IMG/VR virus record: IMGVR_UViG_3300025608_000030
Coordinates: 1 to 52,044 of that record
Reading direction: 5' to 3' (one strand)
DNA from: a virus
Taxonomy: Duplodnaviria > Caudoviricetes
DNA: 52,044 nucleotides
Both the position numbers and the translations under genes were made by a program. The stretch's first letter is position 1; each line of letters starts with the position of its first letter. Below are positions 7,629 through 16,477 of the stretch, one piece after another. The notes under the pieces are model-generated. The model was not told where the DNA came from. It ran no database searches and saw only the letters and a list, made by a program, of their open reading frames with translations.

Positions 7629-10364
7629 ATGGACTTACTTAATCAATTAAAAACTCTTAGGGAAACAACCACTAACCCTGAGGTTAAATCTATTTGCGAA
7701 TCTCACATTAATAAGATACAAAATGGAGAGTCTGTAAATGAATCCGCTATCCTCGAATCGGTAGATCAGGTAGTAAAAGAAAGTGAAGGGGAAAACACAC
7801 CAAACCCTATCGAAATGATAAGAAACCAAGAGATAGCAAGATCTAGGTCTGCAGCTCAAAGTCTTATGGAGTCTTGGGGAGGAATTGGATCGACGTATTC
7901 TAAAAATTCAGGTTCTTACGTAGATGGTACAAAAGATGAATCTAGTGCTGAAATGGAAAACATTTCTGAGAGCTTAAGAGAAGTAGCAGAAACTGATGCT
8001 TCAGCAAGGGCTTTTATCGACTCACAAGCAGTTAATAACCTTGGAGTATACGAGTCCATCCTTTCTTTAAAAGGAACTGGAATTTACGAACATCCTAATG
8101 TTAAAATACTATGTGAGAAGTTTACACACTTGTTAAAGAGTAATAATATTCCTGAATTTCTTCTAGCTGAATCTTTTATTCAGGAGCTTGAAAATTTTAA
8201 ATGGGATAATAAAGTAAAATCTGCTTTGGAAGCAGTTAATGAGAAAGTCCAATCTCTATTGCCTGAGATCGAAGTATCAAAGGCTTTATATTCAATTGAA
8301 AAAAGCGCAGGATCTGACTTTTATTCTCCTGTAACTGAATCTCTAAATAAGTGGTTAATTTCTGAGAACAAATCAGTTACTCTTCTTTCTAAGGAACTTT
8401 CTAGATGGTCGTTCAACCCTACCGTTAGAAACCTAGTTAATAACCTTTCCTTAATGGAGTCTACTGAGACTAAGTTAAGTATACCAGTTAATAACGGAAA
8501 TTCTTCTGTAATGAAAGTATATTCTCCTGTCCATGTAAGTGGCGGTAAAACGGTATTTACTATAGGTAATAATATCTTCGAGGGAAATTCAGAGGGTGTT
8601 AAAAGACTTTCTAATGTAGAATATTCTTCCTTACCTGAATCTTATAGATCTTTATTGGAATCTTTTTATTCCCCTATGGTTAAGATTAACGAGAACGGGT
8701 TAAGCTTTTACGTAGGTAACAGCAGCTTTAAGATTGTTGAAGAAAATGACTCAGCTACTATTTACTCAAAAAATACTAAAATTAACTTCAGCGATCTGAA
8801 CCAACTCGCAAAACAAGTTGCTTTGGAAATTTCTGGAAGTTTGGGTGTTAACGAATCTAAAGCAGTTTCGGACCTAATCAATCTTTATAATGGGTTCTCA
8901 AGTATCGTTGAATTGGATTTTGCTAAAAGACTGGAGTCTAAAGTATTTGAAGGTGTATCTGTCAATCTAATTAAATGGAATTCAAAAATCTATCTGAATA
9001 GGATTAACGAGGGTATGAACGAGAATTCATTATTCCAAGTTAATGGATCTCAAGCTAGTAATATGGTTAAGGATCTTATGAAATATGACATTTCTGAAGG
9101 ACTAACAGAATTTTTGGAGGGTGAGAACAAGATCAAGTCTATTATGTTGAATGATAGAAAACAGATTATTGACAATATCTCCATTGTAGAAAATGAGATT
9201 AATAAAATCTCAAATTTGATGTCAACCAATCCTCTCTATGAAAACTCTAAAGAGATGGTGAGAGCTAAGCATATGCTAGAGCAGGAGTTAGGATCTCTAA
9301 GGAAAAAATGGGCAGCAGTTAACGAAGAGATTGAAAGGATTGAATCTGCACCTGTCGAGATAAACGAGCTTAATGAAGATGAGAAATTTACAGTAGGTGA
9401 CTACGTAAAGGTAAAGGAGTCTGGCAATACTGGAAAAATAATTTCTATAGACAGTACTTCTGGATCCTATACAGTTCTTATGGATAACGGAAGAACAGGC
9501 GATTTCAGAATGGATGAGATTGTTGATATTGAGGAGGCATTAAAATCTGCTGGTGAAGAAAACCAAGAAGCAGACGAGACTCAGGAAGAAATTAAGGAGC
9601 AAGAAATGGCAGTAGCTCCTGAAAAACAAACTGAATCTGCAAAAGACAAAACTCCAGCTGCTACATTAAAGGCTAATACATCTGCAGCCCCTTCTGCTAA
9701 AGATCAAGACGATGCTGGTAAAAAGGACATCGAAAAGGAAGATCATGCTAATTTAGAGGAAGCACCAGAAGGGAGCGAGAAGGAAACCAAATATGATATT
9801 AAGTTAAAAGATTCTCTGGTTGACAAAGTGGGATACAACGTAAATGAAAATTCGGAAGACGTTGATTCACCTGAAGTTGAAATGGCTGAGGCTCCTGTTG
9901 ATGGTAACACTGAGTTATCTGAAAGAGACGTTGAAAACACCGATCAAAACCTAGCAGAAGCGCCAGGTGGAAGAGATCATGCAGATTACGACGTAAAAAC
10001 TGCTGATGCAGAGGAGAAAAATCCTGACATGGTTAAAACGGATCCTGAAATGGCTTCAGCTCCTGGCGACGATACGGGTAAAGAAATGCATCACGAAGTT
10101 GGTAAAGAAATGGGATATAATCTTGATGAAGCCGATGATGTTGAAAAGACAGATCAACAACTTGCAGTAGCACCAGGTGGTGAGAACAAAGCGGAATATG
10201 ACGTTGAAGTTGCTAAAGCAGAAAAAGCAGTAGCAGACGTTATGAAAACAAACCAAGAATTAGCTGAAGCACCTGCAGCAGGAACTGAAGCTGAAACTGA
10301 TGTTGAGGTTAATACCGAAATGGGATATAACCTAGACGAGAGTGAGGAGTCAAAAAAAAACTAA
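7629..10364 (+). CDS. Large acidic head/core-associated protein with SH3-like domain and C-terminal xAP repeats; probable -1 frameshift extension to 10540
   Basis: Many [LIV]xE sites. SH3/KOW-like segment FTVGDYVKV...GKI. Repeated (M/L)A(E/V)AP and GYNLDE units. Confidence 0.7.
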   Translation: MDLLNQLKTLRETTTNPEVKSICESHINKIQNGESVNESAILESVDQVVKESEGENTPNPIEMIRNQEIARSRSAAQSLMESWGGIGSTYSKNSGSYVDGTKDESSAEMENISESLREVAETDASARAFIDSQAVNNLGVYESILSLKGTGIYEHPNVKILCEKFTHLLKSNNIPEFLLAESFIQELENFKWDNKVKSALEAVNEKVQSLLPEIEVSKALYSIEKSAGSDFYSPVTESLNKWLISENKSVTLLSKELSRWSFNPTVRNLVNNLSLMESTETKLSIPVNNGNSSVMKVYSPVHVSGGKTVFTIGNNIFEGNSEGVKRLSNVEYSSLPESYRSLLESFYSPMVKINENGLSFYVGNSSFKIVEENDSATIYSKNTKINFSDLNQLAKQVALEISGSLGVNESKAVSDLINLYNGFSSIVELDFAKRLESKVFEGVSVNLIKWNSKIYLNRINEGMNENSLFQVNGSQASNMVKDLMKYDISEGLTEFLEGENKIKSIMLNDRKQIIDNISIVENEINKISNLMSTNPLYENSKEMVRAKHMLEQELGSLRKKWAAVNEEIERIESAPVEINELNEDEKFTVGDYVKVKESGNTGKIISIDSTSGSYTVLMDNGRTGDFRMDEIVDIEEALKSAGEENQEADETQEEIKEQEMAVAPEKQTESAKDKTPAATLKANTSAAPSAKDQDDAGKKDIEKEDHANLEEAPEGSEKETKYDIKLKDSLVDKVGYNVNENSEDVDSPEVEMAEAPVDGNTELSERDVENTDQNLAEAPGGRDHADYDVKTADAEEKNPDMVKTDPEMASAPGDDTGKEMHHEVGKEMGYNLDEADDVEKTDQQLAVAPGGENKAEYDVEVAKAEKAVADVMKTNQELAEAPAAGTEAETDVEVNTEMGYNLDESEESKKN
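10355..10361 (+). other. Candidate -1 ribosomal frameshift heptamer A_AAA_AAC
   Basis: In the correct phase, immediately before TAA. The -1 frame stays open to TAG 10538-10540 and encodes more xAP repeats. Confidence 0.55.
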
Positions 10365-10543
10365 AAAAAATACTTAGTAAAGTTTGGTCCTTTGCTCCAA
10401 CTGGAAAGGAACAATCAGAATCTCCAGAACCTTTCGTCGATAATATAGCTGATAAAATGAGCGTTGCTCCAGATGGAAAAAAACCTTCTGGGGAAACGCT
10501 CATTTCTTTTGATGAGGATCCCGAGGAGGATAAGATCTAGACC

Positions 10544-10568
10544 GAAACTAACCTCGGGGTTTAATCTA
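10544..10568 (+). promoter_or_regulatory. GAAAC-N17-CTA promoter-like motif
   Basis: Upstream of the gp55-like gene. Confidence 0.6.
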
Positions 10569-10591
10569 AAAATAATATAAGTGAAAAGGTT

Positions 10592-10951
10592 ATGGCAAAA
10601 GCGTATGTTAGAAATAAAGATTTGATGGCTGCTATCCTAGAATCTAAAGAAAAGGGTGAGCTTACTGCTGAAACTATTGAGATGTTTGGTCTTATGGTTC
10701 AGGGTATATCAAAAAAAATGGCTTATCGGGATCCTGATGATAAAGCAGACTGTATGGCTTTTGCTATGGAGGACCTTTGTAAATATTGGAATAGATTTAA
10801 TCCAGAAAAGTCCAACAATCCTTTTGCATACTACACACAAATTGCAAAAAACGGATTAGCAAAGGGATGGAAAAAAATACATCCACCAAAAGCACCAAAA
10901 ACAATTCCTTTCTCTTATATAACAGGTGATGACAATACATATAATGTATAA
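10592..10951 (+). CDS. gp55: T4 gp55-like late sigma factor (short form)
   Basis: YVRNKDL and FNPEKSNNPFAYYTQI motifs. Confidence 0.8.
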   Translation: MAKAYVRNKDLMAAILESKEKGELTAETIEMFGLMVQGISKKMAYRDPDDKADCMAFAMEDLCKYWNRFNPEKSNNPFAYYTQIAKNGLAKGWKKIHPPKAPKTIPFSYITGDDNTYNV

Positions 10952-10953
10952 AA

Positions 10954-11439
10954 ATGCCGGATATAAAGAAAATAAAACCCAATGGGGATTATAAATCTGG
11001 GTTATATGTTCCGCAGAATCCGGACAAGTATATAGGTGATGTCCATAATATAATCTGTAGATCTTCTTGGGAATTTAGATTCTGTCGATATTGTGATAAC
11101 AACGAACAGATATTAAAGTGGAGTTCTGAACCTATTTCTATACCTTATTACAACCCACTTGATAAAAAGGAGCACCAATATAATGTTGACTTCTATATGC
11201 AAGTAATGAAGGATGACGGGGAAACTCAGGATTGGATAATAGAGGTAAAACCAGAAAAGCATTTTAAAAGACCGATACTGGAAGGAAATTCAACTCTTAA
11301 GAAGTTGAAGTCTTACAATCATAAAATGCAAATCTGGATTACTAACCAAGCCAAATTTAAAGCTGCCCAAAGATGGGCTGATGCTAGAGGATATAAATTC
11401 GGTGTGGTTGATGAAAACTTCTTATTTAAAAGCAAATGA
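10954..11439 (+). CDS. gp4: T4 gp4-like head completion nuclease (TnsA-like)
   Basis: NPDKYIGD, RSSWE, WSSE, DFY and IIEVKP motifs. Confidence 0.88.
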   Translation: MPDIKKIKPNGDYKSGLYVPQNPDKYIGDVHNIICRSSWEFRFCRYCDNNEQILKWSSEPISIPYYNPLDKKEHQYNVDFYMQVMKDDGETQDWIIEVKPEKHFKRPILEGNSTLKKLKSYNHKMQIWITNQAKFKAAQRWADARGYKFGVVDENFLFKSK

Positions 11440-11540
11440 TTGTCCTTGATATAACCGTACATATTATCTGTGGATTCATGATGTTGGGTTGGTCTTTTTT
11501 TGAGATTGATAAATCTTTTTATAAAAAAAGTAAGTATTAA
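11436..11540 (+). CDS. Small 34-aa hydrophobic protein absent from the ORF track
   Basis: MIVLDITVHIICGFMMLGWSFFEIDKSFYKKSKY. ATGA overlap with the gp4 stop; ends 1 nt before the gp2 ATG. Confidence 0.5.
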   Translation: MIVLDITVHIICGFMMLGWSFFEIDKSFYKKSKY

Positions 11541-11541
11541 T

Positions 11542-12147
11542 ATGAAATCCTTCGAGGATCAAATAAAAGCCCTAAGAGGTGAATTCTCTTCGACCTCACA
11601 GATTTCTACAGATTCGAATTCATACTACCTTAAAAAATATGGACCCGATGGTACTGGAGGTTCTATGGAATTTAATGGAACTTTTGTTCCTGGTAAGTTT
11701 TATACATGCGAATATAAAACTAAGACTAGAGTTTCGGACTCACATCCTTTTATAGATAGGTACCCCCTTTTTATTTTCCTAAAAAAGGAAAAGTATAAGG
11801 ATACATCGATAATGATTTCTATTGATTTAAACGTTATCCCTCCCGACTATAGAGGAAATATACTTTTTAAACTTTGGGATCAGTATTATTCACTGTTTAA
11901 AGAAAATAGCAATACCACATACAACTCGCAGTTACCCATAACTAATATATCGAATTCCTTTAAAAGGCTACTTGAGGGAACTGGTTGGAAAACTTCTTTG
12001 ACTGGATTTAAATCTGAATTTATTAGCGGTGTAAAAGTTGTCGACTACGAGGATTTAGTTAGAATACCATATCTTTCCAATTTTAGAATAGAGGGTCAAT
12101 CGGTTAATGGGATATATAATGATTATAGATCGAAATTAAATGTTTAG
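11542..12147 (+). CDS. gp2: T4 gp2-like DNA end protector
   Basis: PGKFYTCEY, PFIDRYPL and DLNVIPPDYR match gp2 blocks; adjacent to gp4. Confidence 0.65.
   Translation: MKSFEDQIKALRGEFSSTSQISTDSNSYYLKKYGPDGTGGSMEFNGTFVPGKFYTCEYKTKTRVSDSHPFIDRYPLFIFLKKEKYKDTSIMISIDLNVIPPDYRGNILFKLWDQYYSLFKENSNTTYNSQLPITNISNSFKRLLEGTGWKTSLTGFKSEFISGVKVVDYEDLVRIPYLSNFRIEGQSVNGIYNDYRSKLNV
12111..12118 (+). promoter_or_regulatory. Putative late promoter GATATATA for the portal genes
   Basis: Inside the gp2 3' end, upstream of ATG 12181. Confidence 0.55.
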
Positions 12148-12180
12148 TCTCTAATACAAAACTAGATCACATTATTTTAA

Positions 12181-13791
12181 ATGGCCGGATTTAACGAAAA
12201 CCAAGGTGGAAACCCGATATTACAAAGAATCAGAGAGTCTGTAAAGTCTCTCAGCAACTTTGGTATGAGGTATGGTGACATGGTAATTAAGAATTCCCAG
12301 GCTATTGGTACTACCGAGGCGGAGTTCATGAAGAAGCAATCTATCGATGACGAGAGTTTGCTTTATTCTTTAGGTAGACAAGATACCACCACCAGACAGT
12401 TTATAGGTTACTATGACAAAGAATACTCGGGAAAAAGAGACTACCTAAGAAAATTTGCACTGAATCCGGAAATAGAGTATATCCTAGATACTGTTTGTGA
12501 TGAAGCCATTACTTTCGATTCTTATAATTTCTTTGCACATCCTGCTTTTTTGAATCTAACTGGAATTAAAGATAAAGTAAAGGATCGTATAGACGAGAAT
12601 TACAAGAAGCTTTACGACATGTTTGGCTTTAATGATGATATTAGTGCCTGGCAATATTTTAGACAGTTAATGGTTGATGGGTTCTTAGCTTTTGAGATTG
12701 TTTATGACGATAAAGGTAAGAGTATAATAGGATTTAAGGAACTTGATGCTACTACCCTTATGCCATCTGTTGAAAAGCAAGCAGATGGAACTTATCTTAA
12801 TGTCTGGTACCAATACCCTAAGGATATAAATAAAAGAAGAATGCTTTATGATTCACAAATTATTTATATCTCCTTTGCAAAGGGTAATACAGTTTCTAGA
12901 GTTAGTTATGTTGAAAGACTTATTAGGCCTTACAATGTACTAAGAATTATCGAATACACTAGGGTTATTTGGTCTGTTATGAATGCTTCGTTTAGAATGA
13001 AGATGACAGTACCAATCGGATCTAGATCTCCACAAAAGTCTATGCAAACTTTGGGCGAGCTTATGAGTATCTATAAGGAAGATATTAGATTCAATGACGA
13101 AAGTGGTGAGTTAACTGTTGATGGTAGACCTAAGATACAGTTTTATAAGAACTATCTTATGCCTTCTGGAGTTAATGGAACTCCAACTATAGAACCTATT
13201 AACAATGCTGGACCAAACCTAAATGATCCACAGCCTCTTGCTTATTTCTACGACAAACTGGTTCAGGAATCAAAAGTACCCTTTTCTAGATTCCAGGGTC
13301 CTGACGGAGGGTCTATAGGTAACTATTCGAACGGAGCGGAGGGTCTCGATAAAGAGGAGATAAGATTCGGCAAGTTCATAAGTAGACTTAGATCTATTTT
13401 CCAGGATATCTTGATAAAGCCTTTGTGGATACAAATGTGTAAAGACTTCCCTGAACTGGAAAAAGACTATCTATTTAAAAGCCAACTCGGTCTTAAGTTT
13501 GTTTCTGACAATCCTTTTAGAACAAATCAGGAAATAGAAACAATGCTAAAGAAAAAGGAACAAATCGATGGCATGTATGGCCTTACTGACGATACCGGTG
13601 AGCCTTTCTTCTCTTTAGCTTATTTAATTGAATCTCATTTAGGTATGAATGCTGACGATATTAAGGCTAACAAGGAGGCAGTAGAAAAAAGAAAAGAGGA
13701 AGAAGCTAAGAAGGCTGAATCTGAGAAAGAAGAAAAACCAGAGGGTGAAGAAGCTCCTGGCGGAGAAGGAGAAGAAGCACCACAAGAATAA
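12181..13791 (+). CDS. gp20: Portal protein, T4 gp20-like, copy A
   Basis: PEIEYILD..DEAI, FRQLMVDG, SYVERLIRPYNVLRIIE, KVPFSRF and EEIRFGKFISRLR motifs. Confidence 0.9.
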   Translation: MAGFNENQGGNPILQRIRESVKSLSNFGMRYGDMVIKNSQAIGTTEAEFMKKQSIDDESLLYSLGRQDTTTRQFIGYYDKEYSGKRDYLRKFALNPEIEYILDTVCDEAITFDSYNFFAHPAFLNLTGIKDKVKDRIDENYKKLYDMFGFNDDISAWQYFRQLMVDGFLAFEIVYDDKGKSIIGFKELDATTLMPSVEKQADGTYLNVWYQYPKDINKRRMLYDSQIIYISFAKGNTVSRVSYVERLIRPYNVLRIIEYTRVIWSVMNASFRMKMTVPIGSRSPQKSMQTLGELMSIYKEDIRFNDESGELTVDGRPKIQFYKNYLMPSGVNGTPTIEPINNAGPNLNDPQPLAYFYDKLVQESKVPFSRFQGPDGGSIGNYSNGAEGLDKEEIRFGKFISRLRSIFQDILIKPLWIQMCKDFPELEKDYLFKSQLGLKFVSDNPFRTNQEIETMLKKKEQIDGMYGLTDDTGEPFFSLAYLIESHLGMNADDIKANKEAVEKRKEEEAKKAESEKEEKPEGEEAPGGEGEEAPQE

Positions 13792-13800
13792 AGATAGAAA

Positions 13801-15405
13801 ATGGCAGGTTTTTTAGATTATGTAGCAGAAAGATCCTTTTTAGGTAATTTATATAAAAATTTATCTAAGGTAGGAAAATTTGGGATGGAGTATGAGGATA
13901 TGGTTATCCGTAATTCTCAGGCTGTTGGTGCTACTGAATCTAATTTTTTCAATGAACAGGGAACTGGTTTTACTGAGAATAATGCTTTTTACTGGACTTT
14001 AGGTTACCAGGACACTAAGGTAAGAAAATACATTGCTTATTTCGATAAAGATTACCTTGGAAAAAGAGACTTCTTAAGAAAATTCTCACTCAATGGAGAG
14101 ATTGATTTTATCCTGGACACATTAACCGATGATGCTATCAATTATGATGATAAGAACTTTATAGGTTATCCTTCGCTTTCAAACATAGACCTTAAACCAG
14201 AGATTGTTGATAAACTGGATGAAACATATAGAAATCTTTATATGTTATTTGGGTTTCAACAAGGAATTCTTGGATGGCAATATTTCAAGCAATTCTTGAT
14301 TGATGGATTTCTTGCCTTTGAAATAGTGTATGCAACAGATGGTAAAAAAATTGTTGGCTTTAAGGAGCTTGATCCGACATCTCTACAACCTGCTACTGAG
14401 CCACAACCTAACGGTGAATTCCAGCAAATCTGGATCCAGTATCCGGAAGACACTAAAATGACCAGAAAGCTTAAGAGTGAACAGGTAATATACATCTCTT
14501 ACGCCAAGGGGAATACTATATCCAGAGTAAGTTATGTTGAGAGATTGATAAGATCTTATAACATTCTTAGGATCATGGAAAATACCAGGGTAATATGGAA
14601 TGTGATGAATGCCTCGTATAGACTTAAGTTTGTTATACCTGTTGGTAGTCAATCACAGCAAAAAGCCATGCAAACCCTCGGACAGCTAATGTCCGTATAC
14701 AAGGAGGAGATGGAAATAAATGATTCTTCTGGTGAATTGACTGTAAATGGAAGACCGAAGGTACAATTCTATAAAAACTACTTATTTCCAGAAAAGGATG
14801 GACAATCTCCACAGATTGAAACACTTGATCCAAATGGTCCTGATTTCAATGTAATGGATAATGTCATATACTTCTATAATAAGTTAAAGCAGGATTCTAA
14901 AATACCTTACGCTAGATTCTCATTCAGAAGTGGAACACCAGCTAATTACCAGATTAGTATAGATCAACTGGAAAGAGACGAGATTAGGTTTGAGAAATTC
15001 TTGACAAGACTTAGGTCCATTTTCCAGGAAATATTAGTAAAGCCTCTTTATATCCAGATGTGTCTAGATTTTCCGGAGCTTTCTAAAGATAGATCTTTTA
15101 AATCCAATTTGGGACTAGATTTTACTAGGGAGAATTTGTTTGAAGAATTTATACAACTTCAGAATTATACCAAGAGAACTCAGTTTATTAACGATTTGGG
15201 TGAAATGAAGCAAAAAATTGGTGAGGAAGAAGAATCATATTTTGACAAGGACTTCTTAATCAAGAGATATCTCGGGCTCACTATGGACGAGTATAAAAAG
15301 AACGAGAAATATAAGGAAGCCGAAGCTAAGCTTGCTGAGGAAAAAGCTAAAGAATCTGGATCTGAAGGCGGAGAAGAAGGCGGAGGCGATACATTCACTT
15401 TATAA
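13801..15405 (+). CDS. gp20: Portal protein, T4 gp20-like, copy B
   Basis: Same conserved blocks along its whole length (RDEIRFEKFLTRLR); intact 534 aa. Confidence 0.9.
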   Translation: MAGFLDYVAERSFLGNLYKNLSKVGKFGMEYEDMVIRNSQAVGATESNFFNEQGTGFTENNAFYWTLGYQDTKVRKYIAYFDKDYLGKRDFLRKFSLNGEIDFILDTLTDDAINYDDKNFIGYPSLSNIDLKPEIVDKLDETYRNLYMLFGFQQGILGWQYFKQFLIDGFLAFEIVYATDGKKIVGFKELDPTSLQPATEPQPNGEFQQIWIQYPEDTKMTRKLKSEQVIYISYAKGNTISRVSYVERLIRSYNILRIMENTRVIWNVMNASYRLKFVIPVGSQSQQKAMQTLGQLMSVYKEEMEINDSSGELTVNGRPKVQFYKNYLFPEKDGQSPQIETLDPNGPDFNVMDNVIYFYNKLKQDSKIPYARFSFRSGTPANYQISIDQLERDEIRFEKFLTRLRSIFQEILVKPLYIQMCLDFPELSKDRSFKSNLGLDFTRENLFEEFIQLQNYTKRTQFINDLGEMKQKIGEEEESYFDKDFLIKRYLGLTMDEYKKNEKYKEAEAKLAEEKAKESGSEGGEEGGGDTFTL

Positions 15406-15416
15406 ATTTTATTTAA

Positions 15417-16424
15417 ATGGATCTAAAGGATCTTCTATCTTCAAAGAAAATTCTGGTAGTTGGAGACGTTATATTAGACCATTACATCTATGGTAAGGTC
15501 TATAGAGTTTCTCCGGAAGCTCCAGTACCTGTGGTTTTAAAATCAAATTCAACATATTGTTTGGGTGGTTCTGCAAACGTTGCCCAAAATGTTTCTTCTT
15601 TTGGATCTGAGTGCTGGTTGCTTGGTGTTTATGGAGACGACTGGGGATCTCTAGAAATCGATAATTTACTTAACCAAAGGAATATACATTCTTTAATGAT
15701 AAAGGATTGGTCTAGACCAACTGTAGAAAAAACTAGGGTTATTGGAAATAACCATCAGATTGTCAGAATAGATTCCGAGACAAGCGATTCGTTGATACCA
15801 GATATTCAAGACGAGGTATTGAAATCCTTTAATGACATTATACACCAGATGGATGGTGTTATTATACAGGACTATGGAAAGGGGATGCTTAGCTCTGAAC
15901 TTATACGTAAAATGACTGATATCTGTATTGATCTTGGTATACCCACACTTACTGATCCGAAGGATAAGGATTTTTCTAAATACACAGGATCTACCTGGAT
16001 AAAACCAAACCTCAGCGAGTTTAAGGCTTCCCTTAACATCCCACAGCATGAAGGAGTTGATCTAAAACGGACTATGAAACTGATGGATTCTTTGATGGAC
16101 TCTTTTGGTTTTAGTGGTGTTTTACTTACCCTCTCAGAGGATGGAATGGTGCTAAAGACGAATTCAGATTTTGAACAGGTTGATGGAATTCAAATAGAGG
16201 TGACTGATGTGTCTGGTGCAGGTGATACTGTTAGTGCTGTTTTCATGCTTTTGTTAACAAATGATGTGTCTTATCTTGATTGCTTGAGAATATCCAATGT
16301 TGCAGGTTCTTTGGTTTGTCAGGTATCCGGAGCAGTACCTGTTGATTCTAATAGCCTATACACGACACTACTTAAAAATTCTTGGGTCATCACAAGTCGA
16401 TCGGGAGAACCTATCTTAGTTTAG
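15417..16424 (+). CDS. rfaE: Heptose-7-phosphate kinase (HldE/RfaE domain I, PfkB family)
   Basis: VVGDVILDHY, RVSPEAPVPV, GGSANVA, DYGKG and DVSGAGDT motifs. Confidence 0.9.
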   Translation: MDLKDLLSSKKILVVGDVILDHYIYGKVYRVSPEAPVPVVLKSNSTYCLGGSANVAQNVSSFGSECWLLGVYGDDWGSLEIDNLLNQRNIHSLMIKDWSRPTVEKTRVIGNNHQIVRIDSETSDSLIPDIQDEVLKSFNDIIHQMDGVIIQDYGKGMLSSELIRKMTDICIDLGIPTLTDPKDKDFSKYTGSTWIKPNLSEFKASLNIPQHEGVDLKRTMKLMDSLMDSFGFSGVLLTLSEDGMVLKTNSDFEQVDGIQIEVTDVSGAGDTVSAVFMLLLTNDVSYLDCLRISNVAGSLVCQVSGAVPVDSNSLYTTLLKNSWVITSRSGEPILV

Positions 16425-16452
16425 ATCGTTTTTTTAGTACGTTTTGGTTTCT

Positions 16453-16460
16453 TAGATTTG
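16453..16460 (+). promoter_or_regulatory. Bacteroidota-type -7 promoter element TAGATTTG
   Basis: Matches TAnnTTTG; 17 nt before the ligase ATG. Confidence 0.6.
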
Positions 16461-16477
16461 TATAATAATAAAAACAT

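Noticed and set aside
10954-11439. TnsA-like ORF as a transposon
   Set aside because: Motifs and position next to gp2 fit T4 gp4, and no transposase or terminal repeats are present.
12181-15405. Portal pair as a misassembly or a split gene
   Set aside because: Each copy is full length and they are diverged throughout.
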